From NCBI RefSeq assembly GCF_011386835.1, contig NC_088806.1:29078001-29142000 (forward strand): DNA of 64,000 bases, given 5' to 3'. The notes under the pieces are model-generated. The model saw nothing but the letters and a program-made list of their open reading frames with translations, made no database searches and was not told the origin of the DNA. Position numbers and translations under genes: made by a program. Origin of the DNA: Chrysemys picta bellii. Lineage: Eukaryota. Shown piece after piece: positions 31,418-43,850 of this stretch. The first letter of the stretch is position 1; each line of letters begins with the position of its first letter.

Positions 31418-34400
31418 TAAGCATAATCTGTTTTGTTGTCATCTTTGCAATTTAAACATGAGTGTCACAATATTTGGTGTTTTCTTAAAGCCCCAGCTGC
31501 TGAAGTCACCTGACGATGTGAGAATCGCAGCTTTCTTTTTTTGGAGGGGTGTGTGTGGTACAAGTGACTTTCTAGTCCTCATGGTTTTGGGGGAAAACCC
31601 TGAAAAACAAGACCTGACTGTACCCAACAGGCTCAGCAAGCAAAGAAAAAGGACCCAGCATATATTATTATTATTTTCAAGGCCCTTGATTTTTAAGCCG
31701 ATCATGATTTTTTGGGGCCTTGTGGTGTTTCCATGCTTGGGGTTGTCCATACTGCTTTCCCTTGTCATTAGGGTTTCCCAAGAGAGTCCTGCTACCCTTC
31801 CCAGCAAGTCTCTCTTACGCCATTCACCTAGTTAGTGTGTAAACTTTCACACCTGGTTCCCTTTCCCCAGCGCTCTCAGAAACAGAGCGTGCGGGGCGGG
31901 CAGTCCCTTTTATAGCAGGCGTGCTTCCAGCCTGGACTCAGGTGATCCTAATCTCACGCTCTTAGGCAGTCCTGTGCTCCCCCTGCTCAGGTTTTCACCA
32001 GCATCGGCTCACCCCACCCTTCACTGGAAAACCAGGACAGTTAGAGACATGCCAAGCTGCCTTCAAGGGCGAGCTCACCTTATGATGGGGCCACAGGGAG
32101 GAGATGGAACACAGAAGCCAATGTACACAGGGCAGCGCTAGAACAAATGGTGCCCCAGGAGAGGAGTGTCCTCAGCGCCTCCTTCCCCACCACACACACA
32201 CATTTGTTAAACTTTTGAATACCTTACAGCACCCTGAGCTCGGCACCCTCCCAATCCCAGCACCTGGGTCACCTTCCCCTAAATCTGGCTCTGAATGTAT
32301 GTACTCCTGTCGGATTGTCACTGCACCCCTGCCCCAGATCCCTGGCTTGTGAAGTGCCCTCAGAGCATCAGTCGAACCTGTTTATCCAAGAACGTAACAC
32401 GAGGCCAAGTCGGAGGTTAATCTAACTAACTGCAAATTACCCAAGAGAGTCAGGCAAGGGAACGTGGCTTAGTGGCACGTAGTCCTAGTCCACTTTCTCT
32501 GAGGTAAGATGAGGGGTTAAGTAACAAGTGCAAGAGCAATAAAAGTGTTTAGATACAAGCGATGTCAGAGCAGTGCTTCGATAAACAACATATTTCAGTT
32601 GACCTCTTCCCTCCTGTGCAGCTGGGACGCTGACCTGGTCGAGGCTGAAATGGAAGGGGTGCCTCTTCGGACACAAGGCCAAAGTCCCTGGGGGCTCAGT
32701 TGACTTTGGTGGAGTTATGCCACCAGCAGAGACTTTAGCCCAGTGCTCCTTCTACAGAGAGGCTCTTTTCCAGCCATTCGGCATCATGGCGCCTAACTTT
32801 TAGATGCCTAGAAAGTCACAGGAACAACACGGCGATCCACCAATGCAATGAATAGGGAGAGACAGGCGTCTTTGAATGGGAGCCACCAACGCCCGAATGC
32901 TAAGCACGGAGCTGCCCAAGCTAGCCCAGGGGAAATGCTGATGACAGGGCTTTGCATATTGGGGACTGCCCAGAATGTATGGAACTGTGCAACCAGCTCA
33001 CCACAATGTCCCCACCGCTCCCATGTACTGTTTGTTCCTGGTTTGACTGTGATACATTTGGGTATCTTGCAGCGGTGCCACCATCACGGGCTATGGTGGC
33101 ATCAGAACCTACAAGCAGAGCCATGCTGGGATGAACGGTACCTGTCCAGTAGCTAGAGAGGGGCAGGAGATGATGCAGTTCCCTCTCTGCTGATAGCCAG
33201 GGCTCAGAGAGGAGCCAGAGTCCACAGGAAAGGTCAGGGAATCCCACTTTGTACTTCTCTTGGGGGAAGCCAGTGTGAGTAAGAGAAAAATCAGCCTAGG
33301 GGAGAAAAGGGTTCAAGGTTCATGAATGGTTGGGAGACACTGGAGTTGGGGGCTGTGACATTCTATGTATTATGGTGGTCATTTATGATATTATTAACAC
33401 CAATATTATAAAATTGGAATGAGTCATGCTAGATATGCTGTGTAAGGTATCAGTGAACATGTTCTGATTTGCCAAGTCCGATAACCTTGTTTATATGTTT
33501 ATATCACTTTTGTATTGTGAGTTAGAGATATATAGGGTATATCTGTATTTCCAAACTTGTGCTGTGTTTCTGCATGACACCCCCAGACAGTTTGGCATCA
33601 GCACTGCCTAGCCTGTTTGATGGTCCATCAAGGATCATCGGCTGTACAATTGACCCATTGAGAGAAGGCAAGGGATACACCTTATGAGTCAGCAAGGCAT
33701 GTAGTAACTTTTCTACAAACGAAGATCTAAACAAAGTAATGAAAGACCCATTCAAGCTGTGGATGTGTTCCAGAGGGACTTCCAAGCCAGCAAACTCACC
33801 AATACGCCTAAGAACATGATATATGGACTTGGAAGTCTCTGTATATATTTGAGTGCTTTATCATTTAACAACTCTTTATAATAAGCCTTTAGTTTTAGAC
33901 ACTAAAGGATTGGCTGGCAGCATGGTATTTTGGGTAGGATCCAAACTAATATTGACCTGGTAACATGGCTGACCCTATGGGGTCAGAAGAACATTTGGTA
34001 TATGTGAGCAGAGTCTTTAAATAACTTCTCACTGTATTGGACCTCAGTGCTGATTGGGATCCAGAGAACTGGAATGCAATAAGGGGGTTGTGGGGATTTC
34101 TTTTTTTTCATTTCTTGATAACCAGCGTGGGAGATCAGAAGTACTGTCTGTGACTGGTTGGTGAGTTTAACTTCAGTGTTAAACACTAGTTTGGGGAGTA
34201 TCTGCTCTCCCTTCTGCAGCCTGGCCTGACCTTGGCATTTTCAGTGAGGGCAGCCCCGGGCACCCCGGGTCACAGGGGTGTGTGAGGGAATTATGAAGAA
34301 AGCCTGTAATCTGATATTTGGAGAAAAGAAGGTGGAGTCATGGCCAGGAAGAGCTGAGGATCCCCATATTAACCCAGAACGGGAACAGCCGGGCAATTGA

Positions 34401-34423
34401 ATGTTTGCAAACTCAGAGACAAA

Positions 34424-37400
34424 ATGGACCAGAGCCGCACTAAGAAAGAAGCTTTTGAGACATGTTTTGATCCAAAAGATTATTTGAAAACTTATTATTC
34501 CTTTGACTCCACAAGCAGTGAAAAAAATGATATTTTGATGTTTCTTCTGAGAAACTTCTTTAAGACCTTCATTTTGGGTGAGTGGGGTGTGTTTTGTGCC
34601 ATTCTGTTTGCACAAAGGCTGTTTTATAGTGGGATGCATGTTGCTGGAAACATGATTGTGTAGATCTGGATTTCTTTTAGCAGAGAAGATTTTCCCTAAT
34701 TATCTTTCTACCCCTGCTTTATAGCGTGATGGGTCACAGCTGGACATCCTCATTACAAAAGCCTGCCACAATAGGTGGGTTGAGAGTAGTATTGTCCTCT
34801 AGTGTGTGCCATGACAACACCAGGCTGTGCTAATGACCTAGATGGGTCTCCCAAAGTCAATAGGAGAGTCTGAGATGAAGCATAAAATGGGGGCCACTAC
34901 AGGCTGAAAAATCAACAGTGGAGAAGGTGCACCTGGATCGTGGCAGCATGGAAGAGGGGAGCGGAGGGGGGGGGGGAGAGCATGCATCAGTGCTTGTGCA
35001 CAGGGTCCTGTAGGGTGCAGTGGTTGGCGACATCACTGGTGACAGCGGTTATGGCACAGACCAGGACGGAGCAAATCCTCCTTTACTAGTTTGTGCCTTA
35101 AGTACAGTCTCCCTACAAGATTGATCAGCTCCTCATCCCAGGCAGTAGAGTTCTGTGCCATTCCCCAGCAAGCCCTGATCCCAGCATTGCGATGATGAAG
35201 GGCTGGTGGTAGATCAGAAGCCGGCATGTGCCATTGAGCCAGGAGTCGCCAGTCAAGGAGCTCCCCAGCTGTCCTTGAAAGAGGGACTTTCTCCCAAGCT
35301 GTTCATGTATCTAGGCTTGTGGGTCTGTGTCATAACTATAAAGGGAAGGGTAACAGCTGTCCTGTGTACAGTACTGTAAAATCCCTCCTGGCCAGAGAGT
35401 CCAAAATCTTTTTACCTGTAAAGGATTAAGAAGCTCAGGTAACCTGGCTGACACCTGACCCAAAGGACCAATAAGGGGACAAGATACTTTCAAATCTTGG
35501 GGTGGGGGAAGGTTTTTGTTTGTGCTCTTTGTTTGGGAGTTTGTTCGCTCTTGGGACTGAGAGGGACCAGACATCAATCCAGGTTCTCCACATCTTTCTA
35601 AACAAGTCTCTCCTATTTCAAACTTTTAATTAAACAGCCAGGCAAGGCGTGTTAGTTTTACTTTGTTTTCTCAACTTGTAAATGTACCTTTTACTAAAGT
35701 GTTTATCTCTGTTTGCTGTACTTTGAACCTGAGGCTAGAGGGAGGTCCTCTGAGCTCTTTAAGTTTGATTACCCTGTAAAGTTATTTTCCATAATGATTT
35801 TACAGAGATTATTTTTATCTTTTTTCTTTAATTAAAAGCCTTCTTTTTAAGAACCTGATTGATTTTTCCTTGTTTTTAGATCCAAGGGGGTTGGATCTTG
35901 ATCCACCAGGAGTTGGTGGGAGGAAGGAGGGGGGATGGTTAATTTCTCCTTGTTTTAAGATCCAAGGGGTTTGGATCTGTATTCACCAGGGAATTGGTGA
36001 AGAGTTTCTCAAGGCTTCCCAGGGAAGGGAATCCATTTGGGAATGGTGGCAGCGGACCAGATCTAAGCTGGTAGTTAAGCTTAGAAGTTTTCATGCAGGC
36101 CCCCACATTTGTACCCTAAAGTTCAGAGTGGGGAAACAGCCTTGACAGCCTGTAGAATGTACTTTTAAACCTACCTGGGCTTTGTGGGTATTGCTAACTC
36201 CAAGCCAAGTCAGCTTAAATAACAGATTTTAAAAAATAACATCTTGGGTTTTGTTTCAGTGCCTTCTGGATTTTGAGTTTTTCGGGCTGTTATTTTTTTA
36301 AGCTTTCTTCACAACTCTTCACGCTAGAAACTAGCTTTAATTTAATTTACTTATTCAAATGAAAGATGAGATCAGATCCCCTGGGGACAGCTTTAAAAAA
36401 CATATGGAGAAATCAGGCAGAGCCCAGAGGAGAGCAATAAAAAAAGAGAGAAGGCTTAAAAATCTGACTTACCGGCAGGATTGGCAGAGTTCAATATTTT
36501 TTATATATATAGTTTTAATGTATAAGGTTAATGTTTATTTTTAAGTTTCTTTATTTTTATTGATTTAAATTTTCACACTTGTGGGAAATTATATGACACT
36601 CGGGTGGGGGGAGTCAAACAACAATTATTTAATGACAGTAGACGCTGAGATTTAAAATGTTAAAGTTTTATAACCTTTGAAACACCAATTGTCAATATCA
36701 CATATCAAAATATTACAGCTAAATATCCTTAAATCCAAGTCAAATAAGTTCTGGAGCAGGATTTCTCTTACTTTGGCTAGCTGTATATTTCAGTTATTAT
36801 CAATGGAAATGCTTTTTAGTCAGTTTGTGTGTGTGTGTGTGTGTGGTGTGAAATCAACGTTTATTGACGTTTACCGATACAAATCTAATCCTTTTCAACC
36901 TGCTTATGAGGCAACCTCATCATACCGTCCCCTCCATAAACTTATCAAGCTCAGTCTTGAAGCCAGTCAGGGGTCCTTCGCTGCATTTTACCTCTCCTGG
37001 AACTGGCCTTCTTAAAACCCTTTATAAACCCAGAGGGGAAATTGTCCAGCTTGCACCCTCGGCCCCCCAAACCTCCTCCTCTCCCATCCTCTGCTGCTGT
37101 ATGTGCTGATACATGGTATTTTGCATTCCAAACCAGATGGTGTTAAAGGCAACACCTTGATTCGTATTGGCAATGCTCCCACCATTTTCGAACTGCTCTC
37201 TGCCTGTGAGTCCTTCAAGGAGATCATCGTCACAAACTATATGGATCGGAACTGCCAGGAACTGCAGAAATGGCTAAAGAAAGAGCCAGGAGAGTTTGAC
37301 TGGACTCCAGTGGTGAAATACGTGTGTGAGCTGGAAGGGGACAGGTACGGGAGGGAGACCTAGTTCTGTTACAGTTCAACTTAAAATATTTTAAAAGCCC

Positions 37401-38750
37401 TTTTAATTTTTTGGTCTTCCTTCCCTGGGGTGCTTTTTTCCTAATAATTATTATGTATGGTGTTATGGTGGTGTTAGGGTGACCAGACAGCAAATGTGAA
37501 AAATCGGGATAGGAGTAGGGGGTAATAAGAGCCTATATAAGAAAATTACCCAAAAATCGGGACTGTCCCTATAAAATCAGGACATCTGGTCACCCTAGGT
37601 GGTGTTAAATAAGTATAAAAAGAAAGAAGTGGATTGAAGTAAAGGAAAAATTTAAAATGTCTGGAACCAGGACTCCCCTCCAGCTACCCCTAGCAAGGGA
37701 TTCCTATGAATTCAGCAGGCTCAGAGCTTGAACTTGCAACGCTTATGAGAGCAAGGTTTACTCCTACAAGGGTAAATTCCCCCGCCGCAGAGTGGCAAAC
37801 ACTTCAGGATTAGACCCCCCTTCACTCCCATTTTAGCCTTCAAAATGGGCCGTAAGTGCCAGATGTTCCAAACAGCTGAGCACACGGGATGCTAAGCTCC
37901 TTAGATTATTGGCCACACTTTATATAATCTTCCATTTATATGAAGGGCTATAAAGGGTGAATAAATGGTGCACGATTTACACCATTTTCTACAGATTTGC
38001 TGATAACCAAACATTTACAATGCATAGTATTTGTGTCTGTAAGATGCCTGTGTCATTTACTAACCCTTATAAAACCATTAGAAATGGGAGCTTCATATAA
38101 AGTGTGACCAACTCTGGCTAAATGGGAGCTGAGCTCTTCTGAAAATCTGACCTTAAGCAGGTGAATTCCACCCAACAGAGATTTCATGTGACTATGTAAC
38201 TCATCCACTGAGCCGATTGCAGATATATTGACTGTGTGCACTGGTCCTGGATATGAAGGGCTCTTTGGCACAATAGTAGCACATTTATCTTCAGTGTTAT
38301 ATTTATCTTTCCAGGAAAAAGTGGGCTGAGAAGGAAGAGAAATTACGAAGAACGGTCAAGCAGGTTCTGGAATGTGATGTCACCAAATTCAACTCTGTGA
38401 CCTTTGCCTCTCTGCCCCCTGCTGACTGCCTGCTCTTGTGCTATTGTTTGGGAACAAATTGCAAAGACCTGAGTACCTACCGTGCTGCACTGAAGAACAT
38501 CAGCTCCCTGTTAAAGCCAGGGGGTCACTTGCTGATGGTGACCACAATGAAGTGTAGTCATTTTGTAGTTGGCCAACACAAGTTTCCCTGCCTCTTTCTG
38601 GAGAAGGAGGTTCTGGAGGAAGCAGTGAAGGAGGCTGGTTATGATATTTTGAAGTTTGAGATGTCTCCCACATGCTATCCAGCTAGTTTGGTAGAGCATG
38701 AGGGGATCTCTTACCTAGTTGCTTCCAAAGGGAAGGGCAAAGAAGATTAA
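34424..38750 (+). CDS. NNMT-like: Type A3 NNMT/INMT-family methyltransferase-like protein, 265 aa; join(34424..34577,37137..37344,38315..38750)
   Basis: Exons 154/208/436 nt, GT-AG, open frame. [13 protein letters not shown]; LIRIGNAPT; TNYMDRN. Intron 1 carries a solo LTR and intron 2 a hAT MITE. Confidence 0.93.
35328..36147 (+). mobile_element. Solo LTR (820 bp) in A3 intron 1
   Basis: Termini TGTCA...TGACA; 5-bp TSD gtctg/gcctg (1 mismatch); empty site cttgtgggcc(t/c)gtagaat in the other units. Confidence 0.88.
37475..37597. mobile_element. hAT-type MITE (123 bp) in A3 intron 2
   Basis: TIR tagggtgaccaga...tctggtcacccta; perfect 8-bp TSD ggtggtgt. Confidence 0.92.
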
Positions 38751-40662
38751 AGAGAAAATACATCAGCCCAAGGCAAGTAGAGAGGCAGAATAGATTAGTT
38801 GTAGGTGCTGGTAAAACTGAAGATCAATGTGCTCTATGGAGCTTTAATGACCTCCAAGCACGTTGGAGAACCTGTTTGTTCAGGATGCACTAGCTTGAAC
38901 CCCTTGTTGTGCCACTAAAGGTGCCCTCATCCCGGTCCTTTCCCACTCAGAGCTGCCATAATGTCTCCCTGGCCTCCAACCCCACTGTGCTTCATCCAGT
39001 CTAGCTGCAATGCACTGGGCTTCTTCATCCTCTCCCTGCTCTTGCCATGTTTTGCCTAGCCCATGCTGCAGCTGTGCAGTTAATAATAATTACATAATGA
39101 ATCATATAAAGCTCTTCTCACTGCTAATGGACTGGGGCCTGCTCCCAGTAGTCAGTGGCAAAACTCCCATTGGCTTCAGTGGTGCAGGACTGGGCCCAAT
39201 AAGTGCTGGGTTTGGAATTATCGATGTATGAGGTTTAGAAAGAGGATCAAAACACATCTACAGGCCCACCCACCCCAGACTTTTAGGAACAGAGGTTCTG
39301 CCCCTGACCTGCCTCTTGATTCAAATTCTGCAAATAGCTCCATTTGATAATGGGTTGAGCTACTCCTTTCTAACCCCAAATTTTGCAACTCGCTCCCATG
39401 TCACGTGTTTAGCTTTGTGCCTTTCTATGCATCTGCATTAGACTGTAAACTCCTTGGGGCAGACATCCTGCCTCCGTGGGAGTCTTGTCTCCCGGCATTG
39501 AGAGCATGGCTCACACTGTACACATCATCCTCAATACTGGCTATAACCTCGCTGTGATTTTAACATTGAACCGTTTGAACTGATTGGCTGGGGCCTGACA
39601 GCTGCATTGGGCCATGGTGTTGGTTGAATGATTTGATTTGGTGAATAATTGTAATTTCCACCCAGTCAGTGCTTGCCTAATAAAGATCTGTTTCCCGTAT
39701 ACAATAGTCTGTGGTTCCTGGTCTTACTATTGCCTTTGCAGAAGGAGATTTACAGGTTAATACATCTGGATTTAAACTATATCACTATGTCTACACAGGG
39801 ATAAAAATCCTGAGGCTGGCCCAGGTCAGCTGACCAGGGCTCATGGGGATTGGTTTCCGGGCTGAAAAATTGCTGCATAGACATTTGGGCTTGGACTGGA
39901 GCCCGAGCTCTGGAACCAGAGCAGCCCCGGCCATGCCGCAGGTCTTTTATCCCTGTGTAGACAGACCCTGAGTCAGTCCTCTCTTCTCTTAAGGGACACA
40001 AATGAAAGGATCTAAATTCTCTCCTGAAAACCCTCTAAAGCAGAGTCTCAATGCTGAATGTAAAAGGAAAGTTGAGTGAAATACCACTACACTTTTTCGC
40101 TCCCCAAAAGGGGAAAATTACAGCCAATGTACACCTCCCACCATTGCAGAATACAGCTAAAACAGGTGAAAAGATGTCGCAGATACCATTACTGTGCATT
40201 TGGCAGATGCATTCTTGGGGATCCATCACGCATCACCAAAAATGATAGCAGCGGCTCCGTGGGAGCCTGTAGTCTGTGACAGGACCTTGGCCTAATCTCA
40301 GAGCCCCCTCAATATGCAAGTATCTGCTTTTGAGCTCTAGAAGGGCAGAGGCTGCCTAATCTATGAACTATTTATAGAACTTTATATCAGCTTCCAGCCT
40401 GGGATTCCGTTCGGGACCTGTAATCTGCCCTGGAGTTGTGAAAAGCAAATGAGAGTAAGAAAAAAAGATTTTAAGCAACAGCAAGTTGTACATCTAACGT
40501 TAAAGACCGTAGGGGCTGAGTTCCACAGCTGCACTCTTCTTGCAGACACATGAAAGTGTTAAAAGGCAGAGTTCAGAGAGTGCGTCACTAGGGGCAGCTC
40601 ACTGTGGGTAGGGGACCCTAGGAAAACCAGCACAGTTTATGTGCAGACTCGGAGCGAGCACC

Positions 40663-43455
40663 ATGGCTCAGTTCACCGGAGGAGACGATTACCAGGCAGA
40701 GTTTGATCCAAAGGCCTATCTCGGATATTTTAAATTTGGAGAAGACACCTTGGGAGAGAAATATCTTAACTTTGCCCTGAAACACTATTGTAAAACCTTC
40801 ACTTCAGGTATGGCCTGTTGGTGGGATCTGGGACTCATCCCTGGCTTGTCTATTCTTCTCTGCCGTGGCGCTGGAACATTTTTAATAGTGGGGGAGTTGA
40901 AAGGAGCCCCCTTCCCCAGTCCATGCCCCACCCAAGAGCTGGGGCTGGGAGCAGAGCCGTGTCTCCAGGAGGGGTGGACCCGAAAAGGGTAAGGGGAACG
41001 AGGCTGGGGCTGGCAGCTGGGAACCCAGGCGCGTGCCGGGAGCCTGCTGGGAGCCAGAAGCAGAGCCCCGGTGTGGGTCCGGCGGCTGCGACTCCATGTG
41101 CAGGGCCGGGAGCAGAGCCCAGCGTAAAATCTGAGGCTGCTGCAACACCTCCCACACCCCTGATTCCCGCGTCTATGCTTGTCGGTGACATTAGAAACCA
41201 GGTTATTGTCATGGCACCTTTTGGCCTGGGTTGTGGTGAAGTATCCTGTAATATGCATTAGTTATTTGGTTTCCATGGTCACGCCTATCTGATGTGCAAG
41301 AAACATGCTAGGGCAGTTCATCAACACTCACCTTGCGTCACAGGGGGGCTGAGGACCCGTCAGCTAGTGTGTCTAGATAAAAAGCCCATTAAATAGGCTA
41401 AATATTATTGTTCAGCCTTTGGAAGTACCACAGGTCCTCAGAAAGCTTTTCCCATCCTCCCCTTTCTGCAAGCATCCATGCACTACGGCCCTGGACTGAG
41501 ACTCAGGACACCTGAGTTCTGTTCTCAAGCCTGACACTGACCTTCCCATTGACCCCGGGCAAGTCACATCATTGCTCTGTGCCTCATTTGTAAAACAGGG
41601 ATAATGACATTAGTGTTCCGGTCCAAAGCGCTTGGAGCTGTACAAATGTAAAGCACTAGACAGAAAAGTTAGTTATTATTCATTATTATCTAGCAAATTT
41701 CCCCGTAGCCTTCTCCTGGGAGCGGAAATGAGGTCTTTTATGAAGAGCTCCAACTCTGTTCAAAAATCACCCCTGCAGTTAAATTTTTGAATATACTTGC
41801 TTGCATCCCTTACTACGAAGTAGATGTGATGCAAATTTAAATTCTGTTTACAAAGCTGTTGGATTGCAAGGGCCAGAGATATTGCATCATACTGTATTTT
41901 TCTAGTATTAACTATTGGTGTAACCATATAGATACATACATAATCGTGGGGATTGTCCTTCAGTTCAGTAACTTGTAAGGGGGAATTGCTTGGCTCATGG
42001 GGACTGGTAATAAACTTAGAGGATCTTACATTACAGAAAAACTAAAACTGAATCGAAATCTAAGTGCAATAAAAAGGGTATCTGATGCTAATTTGCATGT
42101 CAAGAAGCATTGAGGACTTGCAGCCAACGCTTTGTAACACTGAAGTCACCAGGCGTTTGGCCATTGTCTTCAATGGAAGCAAGATTAACGCTAGACGTAT
42201 TAAACTAAATCAACTAAGTTTAATTGAGACGAAGTTGCATTTTGTCTGATTAAGATGCAATGAGCTCCAGGAATTCTTTATTGTGAAACAGGTGTGGTGA
42301 AAGGCGACACCCTGATTGATATTGGCAGTGGCCCCACCATCCACCAGCTCCTCTCCGCCTGCGAGTCCTTTAAGGAGATCATTGCTTCAGACTATACAGA
42401 TTGGAACCTCCGGGAACTGGAGAAATGGCTGAAGAATGAGCCAGAAGCATTTGACTGGACTCCAGTGGTGAAATACGTGTGTGAGCTAGAGGGAAACAGG
42501 TACAGGGGCTGGAGAAAGCAGATTGTCTACAGTCCTTGTGTATTGCTTAGTTTGTCTGTGCATCATCATCTACTTATCCTCCTGGAAGCTGCAACATAAT
42601 CAGTGGTGAATACAGGCAGAAATTTTGGGGAGAAAATAAAGAGCAGGGGGAATGTGGTTTTCAGTCATGGTAGGAGTCTGTATAGGGTCCCCAGGAGGTC
42701 TCAGCATCAAAGATCTTGGAGAGAGCTATCAACTGATAATGGCATTTTCCCGTCTGAAATGCAGAGGCCAGGGTAAATTCATCTGGTTTCAGATTTTTTA
42801 AAAATCCAAAATTCAGACAGAGGGTCCACTGAAAAAGTAGCCAGAGCTCATGTCCCGTGGAAAGGGAACTAAAGATAAAGTTAACGCAGGGTCCTACAAA
42901 CACACCTCACTCTAGCGAATTATGTTTTCCTTCTAATACTCACACCTATATCATAGGAAGACACAAATTGCAGGTAACCCTTTGGAGTCCATCTTGTATT
43001 GTCCATGTGTATGTCTCTGCAGGGGAAAGGAGGCTGAGAAAGAGGCAAAATTAAGGAAAACCATCAAACAGGTTCTAAAATGTGATGTCCACAAAAGCAA
43101 CCCCATGGATCCAATTGTCCTGCCTCCAGCTGACGGCCTGGTCTCATCACTGTGCTTGGAAGCTGCTTGCAAAGATCTGACCACTTATCGCATTGCTCTG
43201 AAGAACATCAGCTCCCTGTTAAAGCCAGGAGGACACTTGGTGCTGAGTGGAGTTTTGGGCTGCAGTTTCTACATGGTTGGCCTCAAAAGGTTCTCGTGTT
43301 TGGTCCTGAGAGAGGAATTTCTGAGAGAAGCCCTCAGTGAAAATGGCTTCATCATTCAGGAGTTTGAGGTTCTCGTCAGGGATGATAATATCGATGTCAG
43401 CTCTGATTTCTCTGGGAAGTTCTTCATTCTTGCTTGCAAAGAGGAAGCAATATAA
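40663..43455 (+). CDS. NNMT-like: Type B2 NNMT/INMT-family N-methyltransferase, 261 aa; join(40663..40807,42292..42499,43023..43455)
   Basis: Exons 145/208/433 nt, [20 protein letters not shown]; near-identical to B1. Confidence 0.95.
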
Positions 43456-43703
43456 ATCCTTTGGGGAGTTTGGGTAAAGGACCCCCCCCCCCGAAGTAAG
43501 GGAGATAATATTACTACTAAACATACCAATGAAATGAATGCAGTATTTTCTGCATCAATGTTAAATACATTAACCCTTTCTTGTGAAATATACAATGCCC
43601 ATGACCAATTGTTACGGGCTAAGTACCAATAAATCAGAGCTAGAAATCGTGTTAAGTATTTTATTTTTTGTTCTTCTCTTTCTTGGATGCCTTAAAAATA
43701 GAA

Positions 43704-43850
43704 GAGTATCAGAGGGGTAGCCGTGTTAGTCTGAATCTGTAAAAAGCAACAGAGGGTCCTGTGGCACCTTTGAGACTAACAGAAGTACTGGGAGCATAAG
43801 CTTTCGTGGGTAAGAACCTCACTTCTTCAGATGCCATCTGTTACTTTTTA
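43704..43850 (-). mobile_element. Penelope-like retroelement terminal fragment
   Basis: Insert gggtagccgtgttagtc...gagactaac...aagctttcgtggg...cttcttcagatgc flanked by a ~10-bp duplication aaaaatagaa; empty in the other units. Family assignment is from recognition of the motif. Confidence 0.7.
43794..43834 (-). ncRNA. Minimal type I hammerhead-ribozyme-like motif
   Basis: Minus strand reads GCAU CUGAAGA A GUGAG-loop-CCCAC GAAA GCUU AUGC. Core boxes present, stem I GCAU/AUGC, palindromic minimal stem III; one extra A and a mismatch in stem II. Confidence 0.55.

Larger units (their letters stand above)
28907..43581 (+). repeat. Tandem unit 3 (A3+B2) with private LTR and MITE insertions
   Basis: Colinear with unit 1 apart from insertions at 29270, ~30462, 35328 and 37475. 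Confidence 0.93.
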
